Source: Thermoplasmata archaeon
GTDB taxonomy: Archaea > Thermoplasmatota > Thermoplasmata > Lutacidiplasmatales > UBA184
DNA: 64,000 nucleotides
Direction of reading: 5' to 3'
Assembly (NCBI GenBank): GCA_021826685.1
Contig: JAKAYT010000003.1
Coordinates: forward strand, 7,980 to 71,979
The stretch's first letter is position 1. The number at the start of each line of letters is the position of its first letter. The position numbers and the translations under genes were made by a program. The notes under the pieces are model-generated. The model ran no database searches and was not told the DNA's origin. It was given only the letters and a program-made list of their open reading frames with translations. This document shows positions 1-9,395 of the stretch, piece by piece.

Positions 1-796
1 CGGGGACGACGTTCCAATGCTGGACGGCGAACCACTCGCCGACGCGCCCCCAGGCGCTCATCACCTCGTCCGCGATCAATAGCACGTCGTTCCTCTTCGT
101 GATCTCCCGGATCCTCGGGAGATACTCCGGTACCGGCACCAGCACGCCATTGGTGCCGACGACCGGCTCCACGATCATGGCGGCGACGTCGCCCTCCTTG
201 CGGATCTGTTCGTCCACCGCGTCCGCGCACGCGACGTGGCACGAAGGGTAGGTGAGGCCGAAGGGACAGCGGTAGCAGTAGCAGTCCGGGGCGAAGACCG
301 TTCCCGGGACCTTCTGGTGACGTTCGATCACTCGGCGGCGGAACTCTCCCGTCACACTGATCGATGCAGCGGTCGCGCCATGGTAGGAACGGAACCGCGA
401 GATGATCTTGGATCGATTGGTGACCGCTCGCGCGATCTTGAGGGCCGCCTCGTTCGCTTCCGTCCCGGAGGTGCTGAAGAAGAAGTGGTCCAGGCCCGGG
501 GGAACGATCTCCCGAAGCTTCTGGCTCAGCTCCGCGCGCGCCGGGGAAGCCATGCCCGGCGCCAGGTAGGCGAGCGTGCGCGCTTGCTCCGCGATCGCGG
601 CGCTGATCCGGGGGTTCGCGTGACCCAGGTTCGTCGCGACGAGCTGGCTGGAAAAGTCGAGATACTCGCGCCCGTCGGCGTCCCAGAACTTGCAGCCTTC
701 CGCCCGCGTGACGAGGAGCGGGTTCCAACCCCCTTGTCGCCGCCACGTGACGTAGTTCGTCTCTCGAACGACACGCCGCTGTTCCTCCGGATCCAT
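1..796 (-). CDS. Class III PLP-dependent aminotransferase (3' end runs off the window)
   Basis: Manual translation from ATG at 796: MDPEEQRR...AEGCKFWDADGREYLDFSSQLVATNLGH...TSGTEANE...SYHG...EPVVGTNG...LIADEVMSAWGRVG; absent from the ORF track because it has no stop in the window. Confidence 0.93.
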   Translation of the reverse strand, partial: MDPEEQRRVVRETNYVTWRRQGGWNPLLVTRAEGCKFWDADGREYLDFSSQLVATNLGHANPRISAAIAEQARTLAYLAPGMASPARAELSQKLREIVPPGLDHFFFSTSGTEANEAALKIARAVTNRSKIISRFRSYHGATAASISVTGEFRRRVIERHQKVPGTVFAPDCYCYRCPFGLTYPSCHVACADAVDEQIRKEGDVAAMIVEPVVGTNGVLVPVPEYLPRIREITKRNDVLLIADEVMSAWGRVGEWFAVQHWNVVP

Positions 797-1015
797 TGCC
801 CCCCCCGAGGGAACCGCACCTGATAACGGCCGTGTCGGGCGCACGCATCGGGCTCGACGGGGTTCCCGCGATGCGAGCTTCGCGGCGGTCCATTCCCGCA
901 CCGCCTATCGCGGGCCGCCGCGCCCGAGTCCGCCCCCCTTCGCGTCTGCGTTCGCCGAGGGGATCGATTCCACGGGCGGTGTATCGAGGGAGCCGATGGA
1001 CTCGCTCCGTGGCGA

Positions 1016-1669
1016 CTAGGAGGTCGGCTTCGACGGAGGAGCGGGGGGCCTCCGACGCGGCTTACGGGGGGCCGGAGGATCCGCGTCCGCCTCGGTCGTT
1101 GGAGACGCCTTCGGCGTGGGTGCCGCGAGCGTCGCCGTGCGTTGCAGCAGGTCCCGGAATGTGTCGAAGTAGCGCAGGTACGGATCCGCGCGACGCATCA
1201 GCTCAAGCTCCCCGAGCGCAATCTCGTACTGGGCCTTCGCGGGAGCGTCGCCCGAGGCCGCGCGCAGCGCATAGACACACAGGACCTGGTAGTGCGGCAA
1301 GGCGAAAGCGTCGGGCCGCGGAGTGCTCATGTCCCCCTTGCGAGGGCGGTGGACGCGCTCGATCGGGACCTTCTCGGCGACCGCCTTGCGATGCGAGAAG
1401 CCGAAGTACTTCCCCGGACCGAGGATTCGGGTCGCCTCGCGAACGTTGCCTCCGAGCGCGAGCGTGATTCGATCGCACTCGTGCCAAAGCCAAAGACCGA
1501 AGCCATAGTCCCCTTCCTGATATGCGGCCCAGGCGCGCTCGTAGAGGCGGCGCTCCTTCTCCTCCGGAGACCACTCGGGCAGGAGCTCCGCGCGCCAATC
1601 GGAGATGTAGATATCCACCCGCTGGGTAGGAGAGATCGTACGGAACTCCGGAACGTCGCGATCGGCCAT
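1016..1669 (-). CDS. Hypothetical protein
   Basis: 217 aa ORF with globular, aromatic-rich composition; no motif recognised. Confidence 0.65.
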   Translation of the reverse strand: MADRDVPEFRTISPTQRVDIYISDWRAELLPEWSPEEKERRLYERAWAAYQEGDYGFGLWLWHECDRITLALGGNVREATRILGPGKYFGFSHRKAVAEKVPIERVHRPRKGDMSTPRPDAFALPHYQVLCVYALRAASGDAPAKAQYEIALGELELMRRADPYLRYFDTFRDLLQRTATLAAPTPKASPTTEADADPPAPRKPRRRPPAPPSKPTS

Positions 1670-2142
1670 CGACCCGCCCTCGCTCTGGGAGGATAGACCG
1701 TTTGCGGCCGGGGGTCAGGAACGGGCCTCGAGCGGCAGGACCCGGCTCGGCGACCGATGACTTCGACGCGGATCGAGGGTTTCGGCTGCAGCCTGCGCCG
1801 CGCCGATGGAGAGCCTTTGAACGACCCGCGATATCTTCCCGAAGCCCTCCTCAGTCGCCTCAGGATCGTTCGACCCGGGAGCCTTGTGAGAGGCCGAGAC
1901 GCCGCTTGAGGCCGCCTCCAGCGGGGCGTGAAGTGTTGTCGCCACGTTCGCGAACGGCACCTGTCGGGCAAATTCGTGGGTCCGGCTCCCCCGTACCGCG
2001 ATCGGGTTCGCCCTCCGGGATAGTTCCTTCGAACACCCGTCTCACTCCCGGCGCTCGGGGATTGTATCAATGTACGGCCGGCCCCGGAGAGCTTCGGAGC
2101 ATGGCGCGCTCGGAAGATGCGCGGCTCGCAGGGTGGAGCGGC

Positions 2143-3705
2143 CTACTTCGGGTGAACACGTACCCCGCCCACCCAGGTCTCCCGGACTCCCGACCCTCCC
2201 ACCTCCGCTGCCCTTTCTAGGGACGGGGCTGCGCACCGGACGAAATCGGCCGGTCGACCCGGGGCGATCGTTCCCAGTGCTCGAAATCCGATCGCCCGAG
2301 CTCCTTCGATAGTGTACATCCTGAGGGCTACTTCCGGGGCAACGGCTTCGGTCGGGGCGGGGTTCGCCGAGCGACCACCGGTGTCGGTACGGCGCACCGC
2401 GACCCTCATTCCCTGCCAAGGGTCGAGCGCATCGAACGGAGCATCGCTCGATCCGGCGAGGCGGCATCCCGCCGCCAGCAGGCTCGCGAAGGGGTAGGCC
2501 CACCGGGCCCGAGCGGGTCCCAGGCGTTGTGCGAGCCAGTGGTCACTGGCGATAAAGATGGGTTGAACGACGAGCGCGGCTCCCGATGGGGCGATCTCGC
2601 GGCCGAGATCGGGAGGTACCAGTCCCGCGTGCTCGATCCGGCCGATAGGTCGATCCGGATCCGGACGGGCCTGCTGCAGGGTCCGGAACGCCTCCGCGAC
2701 CGCTCGATCCCCGAGCGCGTGCACGGCCGGAGTGAGCCCGATCCGATGCGAGCGGGCAAAGATGGGGACAAGAAAATCACGGGGATGAACGGGCATGCCG
2801 GACGTGGAGGGATCATCCGAGTACGGCTCGGTGAGCCACGCCGTTCGCGTGCCGAACGCACCGTCCATGAAGGCTTTCACCCCGGCCACGCGCAGTCGCG
2901 CGGTCGGAGTCACGAGGCCCAAGACCGCGGAGTCCGATAGGTGATCGAACCACTCTAGGTTCAGGTAGCATGCGACCCGCACCGGCAGCCCGGAGCCGAT
3001 CGACGCTGCCGTCAGTGCCGAGAGTTCGGCCGGGTCGGAGTTCATGGTGCCGACCGCGGTGATCCCGAGCGAAGCGAGGCGGCGGAACTGACGATCAAGA
3101 GACGCCGGGTCGGCGAGCGCGACCTCGTGCGCCAGCTTCGTCGTCGGACCGAGGGCGGTCTCGAGAAGGCGGCCGTTCGGCTCTCCCTCCCGGTCACGAC
3201 CGATACGACCCCCGACCGGATCGGGAGTGGTCCGATCGATGCCTAGTTGTTGCATCGCCGCGGAGTTCGCTACCGCCGCATGACCCGACGCATGGTAGAG
3301 GATCACCGCACGGCCCCCGTCGACCGCGTCTAGGTCATCCCGTGTCGGCCAGTCGTTCTCTCCCGCGTTCGGGATGTTCCAGCCCCGACCCACGATAGGG
3401 CCGTTCGGATGGGCGGAGGACCACCGGCGCGTCCGTTCGATCAGCTCGGGGAGGGACGCTGCCCCAGTGAGCTCGACCCCGCTCTCCTGCACCGCCATCT
3501 CGGCGAGATGCAGATGGGCGTCGATCAGGCCGGGGACGACCAGGTCTCCCCGTAGATCGTGGATCTCCGCCCCTTTCGGTCGGTTCCGCTCGATCTCGTC
3601 GTTCGATCCTACGGCGACGAACTCGTCGCGCTCAACGAGGACCGCTTCGGCGTACCCGGTGCCGGTGAATATGTGGCCTCCGCGGAAGAGATGGGCATCG
3701 GACAT
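2143..3705 (-). CDS. Metal-dependent amidohydrolase (YtcJ-like, amidohydrolase_3)
   Basis: PGLIDAHLH, HASGH, VKAFMDG, HALGD, RIEHA, GSSDAP motifs; start placed at MSDAHLF. Confidence 0.92.
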   Translation of the reverse strand: MSDAHLFRGGHIFTGTGYAEAVLVERDEFVAVGSNDEIERNRPKGAEIHDLRGDLVVPGLIDAHLHLAEMAVQESGVELTGAASLPELIERTRRWSSAHPNGPIVGRGWNIPNAGENDWPTRDDLDAVDGGRAVILYHASGHAAVANSAAMQQLGIDRTTPDPVGGRIGRDREGEPNGRLLETALGPTTKLAHEVALADPASLDRQFRRLASLGITAVGTMNSDPAELSALTAASIGSGLPVRVACYLNLEWFDHLSDSAVLGLVTPTARLRVAGVKAFMDGAFGTRTAWLTEPYSDDPSTSGMPVHPRDFLVPIFARSHRIGLTPAVHALGDRAVAEAFRTLQQARPDPDRPIGRIEHAGLVPPDLGREIAPSGAALVVQPIFIASDHWLAQRLGPARARWAYPFASLLAAGCRLAGSSDAPFDALDPWQGMRVAVRRTDTGGRSANPAPTEAVAPEVALRMYTIEGARAIGFRALGTIAPGRPADFVRCAAPSLERAAEVGGSGVRETWVGGVRVHPK

Positions 3706-3768
3706 GCCGGACGGGAGGGCCGTAGGCCGGGGGGCCCTTGAGCCCGCGCCCATCCCGAACGAGTCGGT

Positions 3769-5271
3769 CTAGACGTCGAGGTACGCGTAGAACTCGTACG
3801 GGTGCGGACGTAGGTTCAGCTGGAGCTGCTCGTTCCGCTTGATCTCGGTGTACGTTTCGAGGAGCGAGGAGGCGAACGCCGGCTTCAGGAACTCGCAATC
3901 GGACTCGAAGCAATCGAGCGCTTCCCCGAGCGATCCGGGGAGCTCGCGAATCCCGAGTTCCCGGCGCTTCGCCGGCGCGAGCTTGTAGATGTCCTGATCG
4001 ACCGGCGCGGGAGGTTCCATCTTCTTCTTGATCCCGTCCAGGCCCGCGAGCGCCAGAGCCGCCTCGGTGAGGTAGATGTTGGCCGCGGAGTCGGGCGTGC
4101 GGTACTCGATGCGCTTCGCCTCCGGATGTCCGCGTTGATAGGCAGGGATCCGGACGTTCGCCGAGCGATTGCCGCGGCTCCAGGCGATGAACACGGGTGC
4201 CTCGTATCCGGGGACCAATCGCCGGTAGGAGTTCGTGATCGGGTTCGTAATCGCGCAGAGGGAACGCGCGTGTTCGAGGAGTCCCCCGACGTAGTATCGG
4301 CAGGTCTGGCTCACCTCGGCGTAGGCGTCGTTCGCATCGTAGAAGGCGTTCGTGTCCTTCTGCCAGAGCGATTGGTTCGTGTGCATCCCGATGCCGTTGT
4401 CGCCGTAAACGGGTTTGGGCATCAGGACCGCGATCTTCCCGTGGCGCCGGGCCACGTTCTTGATCACGTACCGGACGTCCTGGATGTGATCGGCCGTTGG
4501 GACGAGCTCGTCGAAGCGGACGTTGAGTTCCCCTTGGCCCGCGGTGGAGACCTCGTGGTGGTGGGCGTCCATCACGATGTGGAAATCGTCGGCGAGGGTG
4601 TTCGCCATCTCCGCCCTCAGGGCAATGTCGGTGTCGTGAGGACTGGAGCGGTGGTACCCTTCCTTGAACCGTATCGGGGACTGGAGGGCCCCGGTCTGCC
4701 ACGGAGCCTCGCCGTGGTTGATCAGGTACCCGGATCCGCTCCAGGCATCACGCACCCCCTGCATCGAGGGGACCAGCTCGACCGAGTCAAAGACGAAGAA
4801 CTCGACTTCGGGCCCCCAATACGACTTATCGTAGCCGGCGCCCGCAAGGACCTCCTCGGTCTTGCGAGCCACGAACCGCGGATCGTGGGCGTAGCCCTCC
4901 TTGGTCCCGCCGATGCGGACGTCGCAGATGAACCGGACCGTACCGCCCGCCTCCGGGGTCCACGGAATCCGCGCGAGGGTGCGCGCGTCCGGGACCAGGA
5001 GCATGTCCGAGTCGTAGATCTGGCGGAAGCCTCGGACCGAAGAACCGTCGAGCTTGGGGACGCCGGACGCGAACGACTCGGCGTCAAGGGTATGGAGCGG
5101 GACGTCCACTTGGTTGAAACCGCCCAAAACGTCCGTGTAGAACAACTCGACCCAACGGATCCCTTCGGTCCGCAGCTCGTCCAGGATCTTCTGTGCATCT
5201 GCGCGCTCTGCGGGCCCCTTGCTCGGTGTCAATGATGCTGCCCCCAGGGTAGGGACCGGGATGGAGTACAT
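3769..5271 (-). CDS. glnA: Glutamine synthetase type I
   Basis: DGSS, GPEVEFF, HHHEV, MPKP..GDNGIGMH, NSYRRLVPGYEAP, NRS, RIEYRTPD, RPHPYEF. Confidence 0.96.
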   Translation of the reverse strand: MYSIPVPTLGAASLTPSKGPAERADAQKILDELRTEGIRWVELFYTDVLGGFNQVDVPLHTLDAESFASGVPKLDGSSVRGFRQIYDSDMLLVPDARTLARIPWTPEAGGTVRFICDVRIGGTKEGYAHDPRFVARKTEEVLAGAGYDKSYWGPEVEFFVFDSVELVPSMQGVRDAWSGSGYLINHGEAPWQTGALQSPIRFKEGYHRSSPHDTDIALRAEMANTLADDFHIVMDAHHHEVSTAGQGELNVRFDELVPTADHIQDVRYVIKNVARRHGKIAVLMPKPVYGDNGIGMHTNQSLWQKDTNAFYDANDAYAEVSQTCRYYVGGLLEHARSLCAITNPITNSYRRLVPGYEAPVFIAWSRGNRSANVRIPAYQRGHPEAKRIEYRTPDSAANIYLTEAALALAGLDGIKKKMEPPAPVDQDIYKLAPAKRRELGIRELPGSLGEALDCFESDCEFLKPAFASSLLETYTEIKRNEQLQLNLRPHPYEFYAYLDV

Positions 5272-5291
5272 CAACTCGTCCCCTTCCAAAC

Positions 5292-5333
5292 TGGATATAT
5301 GTCCAATTTGATGATGAGTAGAATTATCTTCTA
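5292..5333. promoter_or_regulatory. AT-rich divergent glnA/lrp promoter with two inverted repeats
   Basis: TGGATATATGTCCA (5292-5305, near-palindrome) and TAGAA-ttatc-TTCTA (5319-5333). Confidence 0.5.
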
Positions 5334-5351
5334 ATCCTGCATGGAGAGAAC

Positions 5352-5879
5352 ATGGGACGAACGTCCACGCTCGACGAGCTCGACCGCTCCATCCTCGAGG
5401 AGCTGAACATCGATGCTCGACGTAGCCACCGCGAGATCGCCCACCGGCTGAAGGTTTCCCCTACGACCATCAGCGCGCGGATCGATCGGCTCGAACGCCA
5501 GGGAGTGATCCGGGGGTACGTTCCGATCCTCGACGACGAGCAGCTCGGATGGGATCTTTGGGCCACGATCGGCATCCGGATCTCCAAGGGCCGGCTGCGG
5601 GAGGTCGAGGAACTCCTCGCTCGAGACCCTCATGCCTACGCCATCTACGACCTCACGGGGGAGTACGACGCCCTCTTGATCGGACGATTCCGGGACCGTC
5701 GGGACCTCGACCGGTTCGTCAAACACGCCCTCCAGAACCCGCACGTCGAGCGAACGAACACCCAGGTCGTGCTGAACCGGGTCAAGGATGATCGTCGGGT
5801 CCCGGTGTCGCTCCGGAGTTCCCCCCGAGGGGACCTTCCTCCGACCCGGGCCCCCGGGACGACCCCCATCAGCACCTAA
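5352..5879 (+). CDS. Lrp/AsnC family transcriptional regulator
   Basis: LDELDRSILEELNIDARRSHREIA..VSPTTISARIDRLERQGVI HTH; TGEYD ligand domain. Confidence 0.95.
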   Translation: MGRTSTLDELDRSILEELNIDARRSHREIAHRLKVSPTTISARIDRLERQGVIRGYVPILDDEQLGWDLWATIGIRISKGRLREVEELLARDPHAYAIYDLTGEYDALLIGRFRDRRDLDRFVKHALQNPHVERTNTQVVLNRVKDDRRVPVSLRSSPRGDLPPTRAPGTTPIST

Positions 5880-5920
5880 TAAGGCCCGGTTCCCTCCGTA
5901 TCCGTCGGGAGAGAGGTACC

Positions 5921-6751
5921 ATGGACTGGGGCTTGGAGAACCGAATCCGTCGAATGTTCCCCGCAGCGAGTGGAAACTCGGTGATGCTGGCCGTCGATCA
6001 CGGCTACTTCATGGGGCCGACACGACGATTGGAGAATGCCAAGGCCACGATCGCTCCGCTACTTCCGCACGCCGACGCGCTCGCGCTGACCCGGGGGATC
6101 CTGCGTTCGAGCGTGCCCCCGACTTCCACCACCCCGATCGTGCTCCGCGTGTCGGGGGGCGCCACGATCCTGAAGGAAGACCTCTCCCACGAAGATGTCA
6201 CCACCAGCATCCGGGACGCGGTGCGGCTCAACGTGAGCGCGGTCGCCCTCAGCGTCTTCGTCGGGTCCCCCCACGAACACGAATCGCTCGTCCATCTCTC
6301 GAAGTTGATCGATGACGGGGAAGAGTACGGAATGCCCGTACTCGCGATCACCGCTGTCGGCAAGGAGCTCGAGAAGCGCGACGCCCGCTACCTGGCGCTC
6401 GCCTGCCGCGTCTCCGCCGAGCTCGGTGCCCACCTCGTGAAGACGTACTACTGCGAGGGGTTCGACAAGGTCGTCGAAGGATGCCCCGTGCCGATCGTCG
6501 TCGCGGGTGGCCCGAAGCTGGACAGCGAAAAGGCAGCGCTCGAGCTCGCCCACGATGCCATCGCCGCGGGAGCGCGTGGTATCGACATGGGGCGAAACAT
6601 CTGGCAGTCCGAGCACCCGGTCGCGATGCTCCTTGCGTTGCGCGCGATCGTGCACGAGCGGGCGTCGGTCAAGGAAGCCCTCGAGATCTACGACGGAGCC
6701 AAGCATCGGACCGAGCCCGTGCCGACTATCGCTCCCTCTCGGCGATCGTAG
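5921..6751 (+). CDS. lsrF: LsrF-like thiolase / DhnA-type class I aldolase
   Basis: MDWGLENR N-terminus, AVDHGYFMGP, ELGAHLVKTYY, IVVAGGPK, GIDMGRNIWQS. Confidence 0.85.
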   Translation: MDWGLENRIRRMFPAASGNSVMLAVDHGYFMGPTRRLENAKATIAPLLPHADALALTRGILRSSVPPTSTTPIVLRVSGGATILKEDLSHEDVTTSIRDAVRLNVSAVALSVFVGSPHEHESLVHLSKLIDDGEEYGMPVLAITAVGKELEKRDARYLALACRVSAELGAHLVKTYYCEGFDKVVEGCPVPIVVAGGPKLDSEKAALELAHDAIAAGARGIDMGRNIWQSEHPVAMLLALRAIVHERASVKEALEIYDGAKHRTEPVPTIAPSRRS

Positions 6752-6817
6752 CTCAGCGGCGATGCTGGCCCGCTCCGGGCACAGCGCTCTTAAACCGGGC
6801 GCCGGTGGGACCGACGC

Positions 6818-6902
6818 GCGGGGATTGCCAAGCCTGGTCAAAGGCGCCAGATTCAGGGTCTGGTCTCGTAGGAGTTCGTGGGTTCAAATCCCTCTCCCCG
6901 CA
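6818..6902 (+). tRNA. tRNA-Leu(CAG)
   Basis: Acceptor stem GCGGGGA/TCCCCGC, anticodon arm CCAGA-TTCAGGG-TCTGG, long variable arm, GGTTCAAATCC T-loop; TTAAA ~25 nt upstream; CCA not encoded. Confidence 0.97.
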
Positions 6903-6904
6903 GG

Positions 6905-6945
6905 AACCCCTTCTGACAAACGCGGGGATTCGGGTGTAAGGGGTT
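6905..6945 (+). repeat. Inverted repeat just downstream of tRNA-Leu (possible terminator or processing hairpin)
   Basis: AACCCCTT (6905-6912) / AAGGGGTT (6938-6945). Confidence 0.4.
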
Positions 6946-7123
6946 GAACCACCGGGTAGCTCGCACACGGGTTGAAACCCCGGACGAAGACCAGGTCGGA
7001 CGTCACCGACCGTCATGAGCGGCCAAGGTGCTCGTCGATCCCCCGCCTCGTCATGCGCGGTCAATACGCCTTTACAGCCCCTTCATGGAAGGGCGCGGCC
7101 CCTCCCATGCTCGAGGTCGACAT

Positions 7124-7330
7124 ATGTGCGAGTGTTGCCACCAAGAGTGCTGTTGCCGTCACGGCCACCGGGGATGGCGCCGCTTCCCGCCGCCGGATTA
7201 CCCCGTACGTTGGGCCGCGTACGAAGAGCCTGCCCTCACGAGCCGTCGGGAGTACTTGGAAGAGGAAAAGGCGGCTCTAGAACACCGGCTCAAGGCGCTC
7301 GACGAGCGGCTGAGGGAGTGGGGGAAGTAA
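7124..7330 (+). CDS. Small Cys/His-rich protein with C-terminal coiled coil (DUF5320-like)
   Basis: GAGGT SD then MCECCHQECCCRHGHRG...RREYLEEEKAALEHRLKALDERLREWGK. Confidence 0.75.
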   Translation: MCECCHQECCCRHGHRGWRRFPPPDYPVRWAAYEEPALTSRREYLEEEKAALEHRLKALDERLREWGK

Positions 7331-7347
7331 CTCCCCGGGGTGCGATC

Positions 7348-7686
7348 ATGGGGCACATGGCGGACAGATTGAACGAGTTCCACACGTTGGTCGGCTCGCT
7401 GGAGAAGGAGTATCCCAACGAGATCCAGGGGTTCCTCTCCTTCATGAAGAAGGCAGAGGGTGGTCCTGCTCTTTCGGCGAAAGAGAAGGAGATCATCAGC
7501 GTGGCCCTGTCGGTAGCGGCCCAGTGCGAGTGGTGCATTGCGTTCCACGTATCGGCAGCGGTGTCGGCCGGCGCGACCCGGGGCGAGCTGATGGAAGCGG
7601 GGTTTGTCGCGGTCGTGATGCATGGGGGGCCGGCACTGATGTACCTCGGCCCGCTGGTCGATGCGGTGAACGAGTTCGCCCGGTAA
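7348..7686 (+). CDS. Carboxymuconolactone decarboxylase / AhpD-like protein
   Basis: ALSAKEKEIISVALSVAAQCEWCIAFH (CxxC..H), GATRGEL. Confidence 0.92.
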   Translation: MGHMADRLNEFHTLVGSLEKEYPNEIQGFLSFMKKAEGGPALSAKEKEIISVALSVAAQCEWCIAFHVSAAVSAGATRGELMEAGFVAVVMHGGPALMYLGPLVDAVNEFAR

Positions 7687-8620
7687 TCACTGATCGCGGC
7701 TCCGACTCCCTTCCGAACGTCGACCGCAGCGTACTGACTCGAGCCCTGTGGCCAGCAAACTGGTCCCGAGAGCTGCCCGTTGGTTCCCGAGCCGGGAGGC
7801 GTCGGAGCTGCGACAACCCTTCTCGTCGGGCTCGCAAGCGGGATTGGTCGCTAAGTGCCCGGCCCGAGCCGCTGCCTCAAGTTTCGGTACCAACGCCTCC
7901 GCCGCTCGGTGTGGCCGAGCTTGGGGCGTTCGAGAGTTTCCTCCCGGGGACGCACCCATCCTCACCTGGGCGTAGGAGAGTCCGGTCGATAGGAAAGGTC
8001 AGTTCGGACAGGAGGGCGATCGGCGGGATTGCTCCGTCGGGCTCTGGGAGGGATGCTAGTGCCGCGATGGCGACCCACAGGTAAACTCGATCCGCCCGAG
8101 GTCGGTTGCGGCGCAGAGCCTGCGTTTATCTGGTTCTCCTCTTCCGTCGCGATCAGTGGTCAGCGACCTGTATATGCGAACAGTGAAAATCGGTTGATGT
8201 CGATCCGGCTATCTCGGACGCGGACGACTTGTGGTACGTCCTTCGCAATCGGGGGAGCGCCTACGCCTTCATCCGGGATCTGGTCCGCGTCTGTGAGAGT
8301 GAGTAGGGGGTCAGAGCAACTCCGGCTCGTAGTCAGCTCCGCGTGACGGAACAGCTACATGCTCAGCAGGCAATTACTTGTTTGCTCGGGAGGAGCCCCA
8401 GCAGGACGCTCGCGGAGCGTTACGACCGTTCTTCGGTCGGGTCACTCTTCGCGACATGTCCACCGTGCGGGGGAAACCGGCTGTAGCCGCCTCCCGGGCA
8501 ACCGATGCCTTACCGGTTTAGCACTCCTCTCGTTCCGGGCGGTCCATGGTATCCGCGGCGTCAAATGAGATGGACGAGCGGTTCTTACCCACGGAAGGGC
8601 TCTACCAATAGCGAAGTACG

Positions 8621-9199
8621 ATGCCGCGAACCCGGTCCTCATCAGTGATTCCCCACTTGGCGCGAGAACAAGCCAACGCGGTGGTGCTCTACCTCCAGTA
8701 CAAGGGTTACCATTGGAACGTGGCCGGGCCTCTGTTCCGAGAGCTCCACTTGCAGTTCGACGAGCACGCGGAGAAAGTACTGAGCACCATAGATCCTCTC
8801 GCCGAGCGACAGCGGATGCTCGGATTCCCCGCCCCGTACCGCTGGGCGGATCTCCACGCAGCCTCGAGCCTCCCGAAGGAAGAGGACTTGCCCCGTAGCC
8901 CTCGCGAGATGGTGGAGCGGCTCCTGGTCGCCCACCGAATCGTCATCGAAGGGATGCACGAGGGCTTCCAGAGCGCCGAGTCCGACTCGGATCCGGGAAG
9001 TGCGGACCTCTTCGCCCGGATGGTTCAGGAACACCAGAAGATGGAGTGGTTCCTCCGTGAATTGGCCAGCGATGCCCCGTCCTTGCGGGAGGAGCCCCAG
9101 ACGGTACGGGCCCCGATGGGGGTCGCCGACGTTCTCGTGACCCGAGTCACGCCACCCCACGTGCCCTCTCCGATCCCCGGGCCCAACTCGGGCTCCTGA
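8621..9199 (+). CDS. dps: Dps family ferritin-like DNA-protection protein
   Basis: KGYHWNVAGPLFRELHLQFDE and DPLAER ferroxidase motifs; HQKMEWFL. Confidence 0.92.
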   Translation: MPRTRSSSVIPHLAREQANAVVLYLQYKGYHWNVAGPLFRELHLQFDEHAEKVLSTIDPLAERQRMLGFPAPYRWADLHAASSLPKEEDLPRSPREMVERLLVAHRIVIEGMHEGFQSAESDSDPGSADLFARMVQEHQKMEWFLRELASDAPSLREEPQTVRAPMGVADVLVTRVTPPHVPSPIPGPNSGS

Positions 9200-9395
9200 T
9201 GGTTCGCGACGGTCGCGGCGCACCCCATCGCGGTCGCTTCGGCCCGTTGGTCCCGGAAGGCATGAGTCCGCGCGATCGTAGGTAGGGACAGGAAAGGGTG
9301 CTGAGGTCTCACCCCCGCCCTATCCACCGATCCCCACGGGATCGATGGGCCGGACCCCCGACGCAACGACCCGGTTTCGAAGCTCCGGTCCCGGG

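Noticed and set aside
1715..2045. Two short minus-strand ORFs (81 and 61 aa)
   Set aside because: No motif or clear start signal; cannot tell which, if either, is real
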